Positions 1-18,000 of a stretch of DNA of 64,000 bases are shown in pieces (position 1 is the stretch's first letter; each line of letters starts with the position of its first letter). The notes beneath the pieces were generated by a model. The model was not told the DNA's origin, did not search any database, and saw only the letters and a list, made by a program, of their open reading frames with translations. This DNA comes from Centroscyllium fabricii. Its lineage: Eukaryota. The position numbers were made by a program, and so were the translations under genes. The DNA is taken from the NCBI GenBank assembly GCA_051313645.2, contig JBNRSN020000029.1:11222001-11286000 (forward strand), in the 5' to 3' direction.

Positions 1-3000
1 GAAAACAGACCCTACACTGAACACTGACCCTACACTGAACACTGACCCTACACTGAACACTGACCCTACACTGAACACAACCCCTACAATGAACACAGCC
101 CCCACACTGAACACGGCCCCTACACTGAACACAGCCGCTACACTGAACACAGCCCCTACACTGAACACAGCCCCTACTCTGAACACAGCCCCCACGCTGA
201 ACACAGCCCCCACACTGAACACAGCCCCCACACTGAACACGGCCCCTACACTGAACACGGCCCCTACACTGAACCCAGGCCCTACACTGAACACAGACCC
301 TACACTGCACACAGCCCCCACACTGAACACAGCCCCTACACTGAACACAGCCCCTACACTGAACATGGCCCCCACACTGAACACGGCCCCTACACTGAAC
401 ACGGCCCCTGCACTGAACACGACCCCTGCACTGAACACGGCCCCCGCACTGAACACGGCCCGTACACTGAACACAGACCCTACACTGAACACAGCCCCCA
501 CACTGAACACAGGCCCTACACTGAACACAGACCTTACACTGAACACAGCCCCTACACTGAACACGGCCCCTACACTGAACACGGCCCCTACACTGAACAC
601 GGCCCCTACACTGAACACGGCCCCTACACTGAACACAGTCCCTACACTGAACACAGCCCCTACACTGAACACAGACCCTACACTGAACACAATCCCTGTA
701 CTGAACCCAGTCCCTACACTGAACACAGCACCTACACTGAACACAGCCCCTACACTGAACATGGCCCCGACACTGAACACGGCCCCTACACTGAACATAG
801 CCCCTACACTGAACACGGACTCTATACTAAACACGGCACCTACACTGAACACGGCCCCAACACTGAACTCGGCCCCTACACTGAACACGGCCCTGACACT
901 GAACACGGCCCCTAAACTGAACAAAGCCCCTACACGGAACACAGGCCCCTACACTGAACACAGCCCCTACACTGAACACAATCCCTACACTGAACACAAT
1001 CCTTACACTGAACACAGACCCTACACTGAACACAGACCCTACACTGAACACAGACCCTACACTGACCACGGACACTACACTGAACACAGACCCTACACTG
1101 AACACAGACCCTACACAGAACACAGACCCAACACCAAACACAACCCCTACACTGAACACAGACCCTACACTAAACACAACACCTACACTGAACAAAACCA
1201 CTACACTGAACACAGCCCCTACAATGAACACGGACCCTACACTAAACACGGCCCCTACTCTGAACACAGACCCTACGCTAAACACAGTCCCTACTCTGAA
1301 CACAGCCCCTACACTAAACAGAGACCCTACACTGAACACGGACCCTACACTAAACACAGTCCCTACTCTGAACACAGACCCTACGCTAAACACAGCCCTG
1401 AAACTGAACGCAGCCCGTACAGTGAACACAGCCCCAACACTGAACAAAGCCCCTACACTGAACACAGCCCCTACACTGAACACAGCCCCTACACTGAACA
1501 CAGCCCCTACACTGAACACAGCCCCTACACTGAACACAGCCCCTACGCTGAACACAGCAGCTACACTGAACACAGCACCTACACTGAACACAGCACATAC
1601 ACTGAACACAGCCCCTACACTGAACTTGGCCCCTACACTAAACACGGCCCCTACACTGAACACGGCCCCTACACTGAACCCAGGCCCTACACTGAACACA
1701 GACCCTACACTGCACACAGCCCCCACACTGAACACAGCCCCTACATTGAACACAGCCCCTACACTGAACACAGCCCCCACACTGAACACGGCCCCTACAC
1801 TGAACACGGCCCCTGCACTGAACACGGCCCCTGCACTGAACATGGCCCCCGCACTGAACACGGCCCCTACACTGAACACAGACCCTACACTGAACACAGC
1901 CCCCACACTGAACACAGGCCCTACACTGAACACAGACCTTACACTGAACACAGCCCCTACACTGAACACGGCCCCTACACTGAACACGGCCCCTGTACTG
2001 AACACAGTCCCTACACTGAACACAGCCCCTACACTGAACACAGACCCTACACTGAACACAATCCCTGTACTGAACACAGTCCCTACACTGAACACAGCAC
2101 CTACACTGAACACAGCCCCTACACTGAACATGGCCCCGACACTGAACACGGCCCCTACACTGAACATAGCCCCTACACTGAACACGGACCCTATACTAAA
2201 CACGGCACCTACACTGAACACGGCCCCAACACTGAACTCGGCCCCTACACTGAACACGGCCCTGACACTGAACACGGCCCCTAAACTGAACAAAGCCCCT
2301 ACACGGAACACAGGCCCCTACACTGAACACAGCCCCTACACTGAACACAATCCCTACACTGAACACAATCCTTACACTGAACACAGACCCTACACTGAAC
2401 ACAGACCCTACACTGAACACAGACCCTACACTGACCACGGACACTACACTGAACACAGACCCTACACTGAACACAGACCCTACACAGAACACAGACCCTA
2501 CACCAAACACAACCCCTACACTGAACACAGACCCTACACTAAACACAACAACTACACTGAACAAAACCACTACACTGAACACAGCCCCTACAATGAACAC
2601 GGACCCTACACTAAACACGGCCCCTACTCTGAACACAGACCCTACGCTAAACACAGTCCCTACTCTGAACACAGCCCCTACACTAAACAGAGACCCTACA
2701 CTGAACACGGACCCTACACTAAACACAGTCCCTACTCTGAACACAGACCCTACGCTAAACACAGCCCCGAAACTGAACACAGCCCGTACACTGAACACAG
2801 CCCCAACACTGAACACAGCCCCTACACTGAACACAGCCCCTACACTGAACACAGCCCCTACACTGAACACAGCCCCTACACTGAACACAGCCCCTACACT
2901 GAACACAGACCCTACACTGAACACAGCACCTACACTGAACACAGCCCCTACACTGAACACAGCCCCTACGCTGAACACAGCAACTACACTGAACACAGCG

Positions 3001-6000
3001 CCTACACTGAACACAGCACATACACTGAACACAGCCCCTACACTGAACTTGGCCCCTACACTGAACACGGCCCCAACACTGAACACTGCCCCTGAACTGA
3101 ACACAGACCCTACACTGAACACAGCACCTATGCTGAACACAGGCCCTACACTGAACACGGCCCCTACACTGAACACAGCCCCTGTACTGAACACAGTCCC
3201 TACACTGAACACAGCTGCTACACTGAACACAGACCCTACACTGAACACAATCCCTGTACTGAACACAGTCCCTACACTGAACACAGCACCTGCACTGAAC
3301 ACAGTCCCTACACTGAACACGGCCCCTACACTGAACACGGCCCCTACACTGAACACAGCCCCTACACTGAACACGGACCCTATACTAAACACAGCACTTA
3401 CACTGAACACGGCCCCAACACTGAACTCGGCCCCTACACTGAACACGGCCCCGACACTGAAAACGGCCCCTACACTGAACACAGCCCCTACACGGAACAC
3501 AGGCCCCTACACAGAACACAGACACTACACTTAACACAGTCCCTAAACTGAACACAGCCCCTACACTGAACACAGCCCCTACACTGAACACAGCCCCTAC
3601 ACTGAACACAGACCCTACACTGAACAAAAAACCTACACTGAACACAAAACCTACACTGAACACAGCCGCTACACTGAACACGCCCCCTACACTGAACACG
3701 GCCCCTACACTGAACACGGCCCCTACACTGAACACAGACCCTACACTGAACACAGCCCCCACACTGAACACAGCCCCTACACTGAACACAGCCCCTACAT
3801 TGAACACGGCCCCTACACTGAACACGGACCCTGCACTGAACGCGGCCCCTACACTGAACATGGCCCCTACACTGAACACCGCCCCTACACTGAACACAGC
3901 CCCTACACTGAACACAGCCCCTACAATGAACAGAGCCCCCACACTGAACACAGGCCTTACACTGAACACAGACCTTACACTGAACACAGCCCCCACACTG
4001 AACACAGCCCCCGCACTGAACACAGACACTACACTGAACACAGACACTACACTGAACACAGCTACAACACTGAACACAGCCACTACATTGAACACAGCCC
4101 CTACACTGAACACGGACCCTACACTGAACACAGACCCTACACTGAAATAAGCCCCTACACTGAAAACAGCCCCTACACTTAACACAGACCCTACACTGAA
4201 CACAGCCCCTACACTGGACACAGCCCCTACACTGAACACAGCCCCTACATTGAACACAGCCACTACACTGAACATGGCCAATAGACTGAACACGGCACCT
4301 ACACTGAACATAATCCCTACACTGAATACAGACGCTACACTGAACACAGACCCTACACTGAACACAGACCCTACACTGAACACTGACCCTACACTGAACA
4401 CAGCCCCTACAATGAACACAGCCCCCACACTGAACACGGCCCCTACACTGAACACAGCCGCTACACTGAACACAGCCCCTACACTGAACACAGCCCCTAC
4501 GCTGAACACAGCCCCCACACTGAACACAGCCCCCACACTGAACACAGCCCCCACACTGAACACGGCCCCTACACTGAACACGGCCCCTACGCTGAACACA
4601 GCCGCTACGCTGAACACAGCCCCTACGCTGAACACAGCCCCTACGCTGAACACAGCCCCCACACTGAACACAGCCCCCACACTGAACACGGCCCCCACAC
4701 TGAACACGGCCCCTACACTGAACATGGCCCCTACACTGAAACCAGGCCCTACACTGAACACAGACCCTACACTGCACACAGCCCCCACACTGAACACATC
4801 CCCTACACTGAACACAGCCCCTACACTGAACACGGCCCCTGCACTGAACACGGCCCCAGCACTGAACATGGCCCCCGCACTGAACACGGCCCCTACACTG
4901 AACACAGACCCTACACTGAACACAGACCCTACACTGAACACAGCCCCCACACTGAACACAGCCCCCACACTGAACACAGGCCCTACACTGAACACAGACC
5001 TTACACTGAACACAGCCCCTACACTGAACACAGCCCCTACACTGAACACGGCCCCTGTACTGAACACAGTCCCTACACTGAACACAGCCCCTACACTGAA
5101 CACAGACCCTACACTGAACACAATCCCTGTACTGAACACAGTCCCTACACTGAACACAGCACCTACACTGAACACAGCCCCTACACTGAACATGGCCCCG
5201 ACACTGAACACGGCCCCTACACTGAACATAGCCCCTACACTGAACACGGACCCTATACTAAACACGGCACCTACACTGAACACGGCCCCAACACTGAACT
5301 CGGCCCCTACACTGAACACGGCCCTGACACTGAACACGGCCCCTAAACTGAACAAAGCCCCTACACGGAACACAGGCCCCTACACTGAACACAGACCCTA
5401 CACTGAACACAGCCCCTACACTGAACACAGCCCCTACACTGAACACAGCCCCCACACTCAACACAGCCCCTACACTGAACACAGACCCTACACTGAACAA
5501 AAAACCTACACTGAACACAAAACCTACACTGAACACAGCCCCGACACTGAACACAGCCCCTACACTGAACACAGACCCTACACTGAACACAGCCCCTACA
5601 CTGAACACGGCCCCGACACTGAACACAGACCCTACACTGAACACAGACCCTACACTGAACACTGACCCTACACTGAACACTGACCCTACACTGAACACGG
5701 CCCCTACAATGAACACAGCCGCCACACAGAACACGGCCCCCAAAATTAACACAGCCGCTACACTGAACACAGCCCCTACGCTGAACACAGCCCCTACGAT
5801 GAACACAGCCCCCACACTGAACACAGCCCCTACACTGAACACAGCCCCCACACAGAACATGGCTCCTACACTGAACATGGCCCCTACACTGAACCCAGGA
5901 CCTACACTGAACACAGACCCAACACTGAACACAGCCCCCACACTGAACACAGGCCCTACACTGAACACTGACCCTACACTGAACACAGCCCCTACAATGA

Positions 6001-9000
6001 ACACAGCCCCCACACTGAACACGGCCCCTACACTGAACACAGCCGCTACACTGAACACAGCCCCTACACTGAACACAGCCCCTACGCTGAACACAGCCCC
6101 CACACTGAACACAGCCCCCACACTGAACACAGCCCCCACACTGAACACGGCCCCTACACTGAACACGGCCCCTACACTGAACACAGCCGCTACGCTGAAC
6201 ACAGCCCCTACGCTGAACACAGCCCCTACGCTGAACACAGCCCCCACACTGAACACAGCCCCCACACTGAACACGGCCCCCACACTGAACACGGCCCCTA
6301 CACTGAACATGGCCCCTACACTGAAACCAGGCCCTACACTGAACACAGACCCTACACTGCACACAGCCCCCACACTGAACACAGCCCCTACACTGAACAC
6401 AGCCCCTACACTGAACACGGCCCCTGCACTGAACACGGCCCCAGCACTGAACATGGCCCCCGCACTGAACACGGCCCCTACACTGAACACAGACCCTACA
6501 CTGAACACAGACCCTACACTGAACACAGCCCCCACACTGAACACAGCCCCCACACTGAACACAGGCCCTACACTGAACACAGACCTTACACTGAACACAG
6601 CCCCTACACTGAACACAGCCCCTACACTGAACACGGCCCCTGTACTGAACACAGTCCCTACACTGAACACAGCCCCTACACTGAACACAGACCCTACACT
6701 GAACACAATCCCTGTACTGAACACAGTCCCTACACTGAACACAGCACCTACACTGAACACAGCCCCTACACTGAACATGGCCCCGACACTGAACACGGCC
6801 CCTACACTGAACATAGCCCCTACACTGAACACGGACCCTATACTAAACACGGCACCTACACTGAACACGGCCCCAACACTGAACTCGGCCCCTACACTGA
6901 ACACGGCCCTGACACTGAACACGGCCCCTAAACTGAACAAAGCCCCTACACGGAACACAGGCCCCTACACTGAACACAGACCCTACACTGAACACAGCCC
7001 CTACACTGAACACAGCCCCTACACTGAACACAGCCCCCACACTCAACACAGCCCCTACACTGAACACAGACCCTACACTGAACAAAAAACCTACACTGAA
7101 CACAAAACCTACACTGAACACAGCCCCGACACTGAACACAGCCCCTACACTGAACACAGACCCTACACTGAACACAGCCCCTACACTGAACACGGCCCCG
7201 ACACTGAACACAGACCCTACACTGAACACAGACCCTACACTGAACACTGACCCTACACTGAACACTGACCCTACACTGAACACGGCCCCTACAATGAACA
7301 CAGCCGCCACACAGAACACGGCCCCCAAAATTAACACAGCCGCTACACTGAACACAGCCCCTACGCTGAACACAGCCCCTACGATGAACACAGCCCCCAC
7401 ACTGAACACAGCCCCTACACTGAACACAGCCCCCACACAGAACATGGCTCCTACACTGAACATGGCCCCTACACTGAACCCAGGACCTACACTGAACACA
7501 GACCCAACACTGAACACAGCCCCCACACTGAACACAGGCCCTACACTGAACACAGACCCTACACTGAACACAGACCCTACACTGAACACAGCCCCTGCAC
7601 TTAACACAGACCTTACACTGAACACAGCCCCTACACTGAACACAGACCCTACACTGAACACAGCCCCTGCACTTAACACAGACCCTACACTGAACACAGC
7701 CCCTACACTGGACACAGCCCCGACACTGAACACGGCCCCTACACTGAACACGACCCCTGTACTGAACACAGTCCCTACACTGAACACAGCCCCTACACTG
7801 AACACAATCCCTGTACTGAACACAATCCCTGTACTGAACACAGTCCCTACACTGAACACAGCACCTACACTGAACACAGCCCCTACACTGAACATGGCCC
7901 CGACACTGAACACGGCCCCTACACTGAACATAGCCCCTACACTGAACACGGACCCTATACTAAACATGGCACCTAAACTGAACACGGCCCCAACACTGAA
8001 CTCGGCCCCTACACGGAACACAGGCCCATACACTGAACACAGACCCTGCACTGAACAGAAAACCTACACTGAACACAAAACCTACACTGAACACAGCCCC
8101 GACACTGAACACAGCCCCTACACTGAACACAGACCCTACACTGAACACAGACCCTACACTGAACACGGCCCCGACACTGAACACAGACCCTACACTGAAC
8201 ACAGACCCTACACTGAACACTGACCCTACACTGAACACTGACCCTACACTGAACACGGCCACTACAATGAACACAGCCACCACACTGAACACGGCCCCCA
8301 AAATTAACACAGCCGCTACACTGAACAAAGCCCCTACATTGAACACAGCCCCTACGCTGAACACAGCCCCCACACTGAACACAGCCCCCACACTGAACAT
8401 GGCTCCTACACTGAACATGGCCCCTACACTGAACCCAGGACCTACACTGAACACAGAACCAACACTGAACACAGCCCCCACACTGAACACGGCCCCTACA
8501 CAGAACACGGCCCCTGCACTGAACACAGCCCCCACACTGAACACAGGCCCTACACTGAACACGGCCCCTACACTGACCATAGCCCCTACACTGAACACGG
8601 ACCCTATACTAAACACGGCACCTACACTGAACACGGCCCCAACACTGAACTCGGCCCCTACACTGAACATGGCCCTACACTGAACACAGACCTTACACTG
8701 AACACAGCCCCCACACTGAACACAGCCGCTACACTGATCACAGCCCCTACACTGAACACAGCCGCTACACTGAACACAGCCCCTACACTGAACACAGCCC
8801 CTACACTGAACACAGCCCCTACACTGAACACAGGCGCTACACTGAACACAGCCCCTACACTGAACACAGCCGCTACACTGAACACAGCCCCTACACTGAA
8901 CACAGCCGCTACACTGAACACAGCCCCTACACTGAATACAGCCCCTAAATTGAACACAGCCCCCACACTGAACACAGGCCCTACACTGAACACAGACCTT

Positions 9001-12000
9001 ACACTGAACACTGCCCCCACACTGAACACAGCCCCTACACTGAACACAGACACTACACTGAACACATTCCCTGCATTAAACACAGCCCCTACACTGAACA
9101 CAGCCACAACACTGAACACAGCCACTACATTGAACACAGCCCCTACACTGAACACGGACCCTACACTGAACACGGACCCTACACTGAAACAAGCCCCTAC
9201 ACTGAACACAGCCCCTGCACTTAACACAGACCCTACACTGAACACAGCCCCTACACTGGACACAGCCCCGACACTGAACACAGCCCCTACATTGAACACA
9301 GCCCCTACACTGAACATGGCTAATAGACTGAACACGGCCCCTACACTGAACATAATCCCTACACTGAACACAGACGCTACACTGAACACAGACCCTACAC
9401 TGAACACAGACCCTACACTGAACACTGACCCTACACTGAACACGGCCCCTACAATGAACACGGCCCCCACACTGAACACGGCCCCCACACTGAACACGGC
9501 CCCCACACTGAACAGAGCCGCTACGCTGAACACAGCCCCTACGCTGAACACAGCCCCTACGCTGAACACAGCCCCTACGCTGAACACAGCCCCTACGCTG
9601 AACACAGCCCCTACGCTGAACACAGCCCCTACACTGAACACGGCCCCCACACTGAACTCGGCCCCTACACTGAACACAGCCCCCACACTGAACACGGCCC
9701 CTACACTGAACACGGCCCCTACACTGAACACGGCCCCTACACTGAACACGGCCCCTACACTGAACACGGCCCCTACACTGAACACGGCCCCCACACTGAA
9801 CACGGCCCCCACACTGAACACGGCCCCTACACTGAACACAGACACTACACTGAACACAGCCCCCACACTGAACACAGACCTTACACTGAACACAGCCCCC
9901 ACACTGAACACAGCCGCTACACTGAACACAGCCCCTACACTGAACACAGCCCCTACAGTGAACACAGCCCCTACAGTGAATACTGGCCCTTCACTGAACA
10001 CAGACCTTACACTGAACACAGCCACCACACTGAACACAGCCACTACACTGAACACAGCCACTACATTGAACACAGCCCCTACACTGAACACGGACCCTAC
10101 ACTGAACACAGACCCTACACTATACACGGTTACTACATTGAACACAACCCCTACACTGAACATGGCCCCTAAACGGAACACATACCCGACACTGAACACA
10201 ATCCCTACACTGAACACAGACCCTACACTGAACCTAATCCCTAAACTGAATACGGCTACTACACTGAACACATCCCCTACACTGAACATGGCCCCTAAAC
10301 TGAACACATACCCTACACTGAACACAATCCCTACACTGAACACAATCACTGCACTGAACACAGCCCTTACACTGAACACGGCCCCGACACTGAACACGGC
10401 CCCTACACTGAACATAGCCCCTACACTGAACACGGACCCTATACTAAACACGGCACCTACACTGAACACGGCCCCAACACTGAACTCGGCCCCTACACTG
10501 AACACGGCCCTACACTGAACACAGACTTTACATTGAACACAGCCCCCACACTGAACACAGCCGCTGCACTGAACACAGCCCCTACACTGAACACAGCCGC
10601 TACACTGAACACAGCCCCTACACTGAACACAGCCCCTACACTGAACACAGCCCCTACACTGAACACAGACGCTACATTGAACACAGCCCCTACACTGAAC
10701 ACAGCCGCTACACTGAACACAGCCCCTACACTGAACACAGCCCCTACACTGAACACAGCCCCTACACTGAACACAGCCCCTACACTGAATACAGCCCCTA
10801 CAGTGAACACAGCCCCCACACTGAACACAGGCCCTACACTGAACACAGACCTTACACTGAACACTGCCCCCACACTGAACACAGCCCCTACACTGAACAC
10901 AGACACTACACTGAACACATTCCCTACATTAAACACAGCCCCTACACTGAACACAGCCACTACACTGAACACAGCCACAACATTGAACACAGCCCCTACA
11001 CAGAACACAGACACTACACTGAACACAGACACTAAACTGAACACAGCTACAACACTGAACACAGCCACTACATTGAACACAGCCCCTACACTGAACACGG
11101 ACCCTACACTGAACACAGACCCTACACTGAAATAAGCCCCTACACTGAAAACAGCCCCTACACTTAACACAGACCCTACACTGAACACAGCCCTACACTG
11201 GACACAGCCCCTACACTGAACACAGCCCCTACATTGAACACAGCCACTACACTGAACATGGCCAATAGACTGAACACGGCACCTACACTGAACATAATCC
11301 CTACACTGAATACAGACGCTACACTGAACACAGACCCTACACTGAACACAGACCCTACACTGAACACTGACCCTACACTGAACACAGCCCCTACAATGAA
11401 CACAGCCCCCACACTGAACACGGCCCCTACACTGAACACAGCCGCTACACTGAACACAGCCCCTACACTGAACACAGCCCCTACGCTGAACACAGTGCCC
11501 ACACTGAACACAGCCCCCACACTGAACACAGCCCCCACACTGAACACAGCCCCTACACTGAACACGGCCCCTACACTGAACACGGCCCCTACACTGAACC
11601 CAGGCCCTACACTGAACACAGACCCTACACTGCACACAGCCCCCACACTGAACACAGCCCCTACACTGAACACAGCCCCTACACTGAACACAGCCCCCAC
11701 ACTGAACACGGCCCCTACACTGAACACGGCCCCTGCACTGAACACGGCCCCTGCACTGAACACGGCCCCCGCACTGAACACGGCCCCTACACTGAACACA
11801 GACCCTACACTGAACACAGCCCCCACACTGAACACAGCCCCCACACTGAACACAGGCCCTACACTCAACACAGACCTTACACTGAACACAGCCCCTACAC
11901 TGAACACGGCCCCTACACTGAACACGGCCCCTGTACTGAACACAGTCCCTACACTGAACACAGCCCCTACACTGAACACAGACCCTACACTGAACACAAT

Positions 12001-15000
12001 CGCTGTACTGAACACAGTCCCTACACTGAACACGGCACCTACACTGAACACGGCCCCGACACTGAACACGGCCCCGACACTGAACACGGCCCCTACACTG
12101 AACATAGCCCCTACACTGAACACGGACCCTATACTAAACACGGCACCTACACTGAACACGGCCCCATCACTGAACTCGGCCCCTACACTGAACACGGCCC
12201 TGACACTGAACACGGCCCCTAAACTGAACAAAGCCCCTACACGGAACACAGGCCCCTACACTGAACACAGACCCTACACTGAACACAGCCCCTACACTGA
12301 ACACAGCCCCTACACTGAACACAGCCCCCACACTGAACACAGCCCCTACACTGAACACAGACCCTACACTGAACAAAAAACCTACACTGAACACAAAACC
12401 TACACTGAACACAGCCCCGACACTGAACACAGCCCCTACACTGAACACAGACCCTACACTGAACACAGCCCCTACACTGAACACGGCCCCGACACTGAAC
12501 ACAGACCCTACACTGAACACAGACCCTACACTGAACACTGACCCTACACTGAACACTGACCCTACACTGAACACGGCCCCTACAATGAACACAGCCGCCA
12601 CACTGAACACGGCCCCCAAAATTAACACAGCCGCTACACTGAACACAGCCCCTACACTGAACACAGCCCCTACGCTGAACACAGCCCCCACACTGAACAC
12701 AGCCCCTACACTGAACACAGCCCCCACACAGAACATGGCTCCTACACTGAACATGGCCCCTACACTGAACCCAGGACCTACACTGAACACAGACCCAACA
12801 CTGAACACAGCCCCCACACTGAACACAGGCCCTACACTGAACACAGACCTTACACTGAACACAGCCCCTACACAGAACACGGCCCCTACGCTGAACACAG
12901 CCCCCACACTGAACACAGGCCCTACACTGAACACAGACCTTACACTGAACACAGCCCCCACACTGAACACAGCCGCTACACTGAACACAGCCCCTACACT
13001 GAACACAGCCCCTACACTGAACACAGCCGCTACACTGAACACAGACCCTACACTGAATTCCGCCCCTACACTGAACACAGCCCCCACACTGAACACAGGC
13101 CCTACACTGAACACAGACCTTACACTGAACACAGCCCCTACACTGAACACAGATACTACACTGAACACAGCCCCTGCACTTAACACAGACCCTACACTGA
13201 ACACAGCCCCTACACTGGACACAGCCCCGACACTGAACACGGCCCCTACACTGAACACGACCCCTGTACTGAACACAGTCCCTACACTGAACACAGCCCC
13301 TACACTGAACACAGACCCTACACTGAACACAATCCCTGTACTGAACACAGTCCCTACACTGAACACAGCACCTACACTGAACACAGCCCCTACACTGAAC
13401 ATGGCCCCGACACTGAACACGGCCCCTACACTGAACATAGCCCCTACACTGAACACGGACCCTATACTAAACATGGCACCTAAACTGAACACGGCCCCAA
13501 CACTGAACTCGGCCCCTACACTGAACACGGCCCTGACACTGAACACGGCCCCTACACTGAACAAAGCCCCTACACGGAACACAGGCCCCTACACTGAACA
13601 CAGACCCTGCACTGAACAGAAAACCTACACTGAACACAAAACCTACACTGAACACAGCCCCGACACTGAACACAGCCCCTACACTGAACACAGACCCTAC
13701 ACTGAACACAGCCCCTAAACTGAACACGGCCCCGACACTGAACACAGACCCTACACTGAACACAGACCCTACACTGAACACTGACCCTACACTGAACACT
13801 GACCCTACACTGAACACGGCCACTACAATGAACACAGCCGCCACACTGAACACGGCCCCCAAAATTAACACAGCCGCTACACTGAACAAAGCCCCTACAT
13901 TGAACACAGCCCCTACGCTGAACACAGCCCCCACACTGAACACAGCCCCCACACTGAACATGGCTCCTACACTGAACATGGCCCCTACACTGAACCCAGG
14001 ACCTACACTGAACACAGAACCAACACTGAACACAGCCCCCACACTGAACACGGCCCCTACACAGAACACGGCCCCTGCACTGAACACAGCCCCCACACTG
14101 AACACAGGCCCTACACTGAACACAGACCCTACACTGAACACAGGCCCTACACTGAACACAGACCTTGCACTGAACACAGCCCCCACACTGAACATGGCCC
14201 CTACACAGAACACGGCCCCTACACTGAACACAGCCCCCACACTGAACACAGGCCCTACACTGAACACAGCCCCCACACTGAACATGGCCCCCACACAGAA
14301 CACGGCCTCTACACTGAACACAGCCCCCACACTGAACACAGGCCCTACACTGAACACAGGCCCTACACTGAACACAGACCTTACACTGAACACAGACCCC
14401 ACACTGAACACAGCCGCTACACTGAACACAGCCCCTACACTGAACACAGCCCCTACACTGAACACAGCCCCTACACTGAACACAGACGTACACTGAACAC
14501 AGACCTTACACTGAACACAGCCCCTACACTGAACACAGACCCTACACTGAACACAGCACCTGCACTTAACACAGACCATAAACTGAACACAGCCCCTACA
14601 CTGGACACAGCCCCGACACTGAACACGGCCCCTACACTGAACACAGCCCCTACACTGTACACAGACCCTACACTGAACACAATCCCTGTACTGAACACAG
14701 TCCCTACACTGAACACAGCACCTACACTGAACACAGCCCCTGCACTGAACACGGCCCCGACACTGAACACGGCCCCTACACTGACCATAGCCCCTACACT
14801 GAACACGGACCCTATACTAAACACGGCACCTACACTGAACACGGCCCCAACACTGAACTCGGCCCCTAAACTGAACACGGTCCTACACTGAACACAGACC
14901 TTACACTGAACACAGCCCCCACACTGAACACAGCCGCTACACTGATCACAGCCCCTACACTGAACACAGCCGCTACACTGAACACAGCCCCTACACTGAA

Positions 15001-18000
15001 CACAGCCCCTACACTGAACACAGCCCCTACACTGAACACAGGCGCTACACTGAACACAGCCCCTACACTGAACACAGCCGCTACACTGAACACAGCCCCT
15101 ACACTGAACACAGCCGCTACACTAAACACAGCCCCTACACTGAATACAGCCCCTAAATTGAACACAGCCCCCACACTGAACACAGGCCCTACACTGAACA
15201 CAGACCTTACACTGAACACTGCCCCCACACTGAACACAGCCCCTACACTGAACACAGACACTACACTGAACACATTCCCTGCATTAAACACAGCCCCTAC
15301 ACTGAACACAGCCACTACACTGAACACAGCCACTACATTGAACACAGCCCCTACACTGAACACGGACCCTACACTGAACACAAACCCTACACTGAAACAA
15401 GCCCCTACACTGAACACAGCCCCTGCACTTAACACAGACCCTACACTGAACACAGCCCCTACACTGGACACAGCCCCGACACTGAACACAGCCCCTACAT
15501 TGAACACAGCCCCTACACTGAACATGGCTAATAGACTGAACACGGCACCTACACTGAACATAATCCCTACACTGAACACAGACGCTACACTGAACACAGA
15601 CCCTACACTGAACACAGACCCTACACTGAACACTGACCCTACACTGAACACGGCCCCTACAATGAACACGGCCCCCACACTGAACACGGCCCCTACACTG
15701 AACACGGCCCCTACACTGAACACAGCCGCTACGCTGAACACAGCCCCTACGCTGAACACAGCCCCTACGCTGAACACAGCCCCTACGCTGAACACAGCCC
15801 CTACGCTGAACACAGCCCCTACGCTGAACACAGCCCCTACATTGAACACGGCCCCTACACTGAACACGGCCCCCACACTGAACTCGGCCCCTACACTGAA
15901 CACAGCCCCCACACTGAACACGGCCCCTACACTGAACACGGCCCCTACACTGAACATGGCCCCTACACTGAACACGGCCCCTACACTGAACACGGCCCCT
16001 ACACTGAACACGGCCCCCACACTGAACACGGCCCCCACACTGAACACGGCCCCTACACTGAACACAGACCCTACACTGAACACAGCCCCCACACTGAACA
16101 CAGACTTTACACTGAACACAGCCCCCACACTGAACACAGCCGCTACACTTAACACAGCCCCTACACTGAACACAGCCCCTACAGTGAACACAGCCCCTAC
16201 AGTGAACACTGGCCCTTCACTGAACACAGACCTTACACTGAACACAGCCACCACACTGAACACAGCCCCTACACTGAACACAGACCCTACATTGAACACA
16301 GCACCCACACTGAACACAGCCCCCACACTGAACACGGCCCCTACACTGAACATGGCTCCTACACTGAACATGGCCCCTACACTGAACCCAGGACCTACAC
16401 TGAACACAGAACCAACACTGAACACAGCCCCCACACTGAACACGGCCCCTACACAGAACGCGGCCCCTGCACTGAACACAGCCCCCACACTGAACACAGG
16501 CCCTACACTGAACACAGACCCTACACTGAACACAGGCCCTACACTGAACACAGACCTTGCACTGAACACAGCCCCCACACTGAACATGGCCCCTACACAG
16601 AACACGGCCCCTACACTGAACACAGCCCCCACACTGAACACAGGCCCTACACTGAACACAGCCCCCACACTGAACATGGCCCCCACACAGAACACGGCCT
16701 CTACACTGAACACAGCCCCCACACTGAACACAGGCCCTACACTGAACACAGGCCCTACACTGAACACAGACCTTACACTGAACACAGACCCCACACTGAA
16801 CACAGCCCCTACACTGAACACAGCCCCTACACTGAACACAGCCCCTACACTGAACACAGCCCCTACACTGAACACAGACGTACACTGAACACAGACCTTA
16901 CACTGAACACAGCCCCTACACTGAACACAGACCCTACACTGAACACAGCACCTGCACTTAACACAGACCATAAACTGAACACAGCCCCTACACTGGACAC
17001 AGCCCCGACACTGAACACGGCCCCTACACTGAACACAGCCCCTACACTGTACACAGACCCTACACTGAACACAATCCCTGTACTGAACACAGTCCCTACA
17101 CTGAACACAGCACCTACACTGAACACAGCCCCTGCACTGAACACGGCCCCGACACTGAACACGGCCCCTACACTGACCATAGCCCCTACACTGAACACGG
17201 ACCCTATACTAAACACGGCACCTACACTGAACACGGCCCCAACACTGAACTCGGCCCCTAAACTGAACACGGTCCTACACTGAACACAGACCTTACACTG
17301 AACACAGCCCCCACACTGAACACAGCCGCTACACTGATCACAGCCCCTACACTGAACACAGCCGCTACACTGAACACAGCCCCTACACTGAACACAGCCC
17401 CTACACTGAACACAGCCCCTACACTGAACACAGGCGCTACACTGAACACAGCCCCTACACTGAACACAGCCGCTACACTGAACACAGCCCCTACACTGAA
17501 CACAGCCGCTACACTAAACACAGCCCCTACACTGAATACAGCCCCTAAATTGAACACAGCCCCCACACTGAACACAGGCCCTACACTGAACACAGACCTT
17601 ACACTGAACACTGCCCCCACACTGAACACAGCCCCTACACTGAACACAGACACTACACTGAACACATTCCCTGCATTAAACACAGCCCCTACACTGAACA
17701 CAGCCACTACACTGAACACAGCCACTACATTGAACACAGCCCCTACACTGAACACGGACCCTACACTGAACACAAACCCTACACTGAAACAAGCCCCTAC
17801 ACTGAACACAGCCCCTGCACTTAACACAGACCCTACACTGAACACAGCCCCTACACTGGACACAGCCCCGACACTGAACACAGCCCCTACATTGAACACA
17901 GCCCCTACACTGAACATGGCTAATAGACTGAACACGGACCCCACACTGAACACGGCCCCTACACTGAACACGGCCCCTACACTGAACACAGCCGCTACGC

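Noticed and set aside
3607-3634. Cryptic V(D)J recombination signal (CACAGAC, 11-12 bp, CAAAAAACC), also at similar variant units
   Set aside because: The heptamer matches 5/7 and the nonamer at best 7/9 with an off-length spacer. No V, D or J segments are present, and such matches are expected by chance in an AC-rich array.
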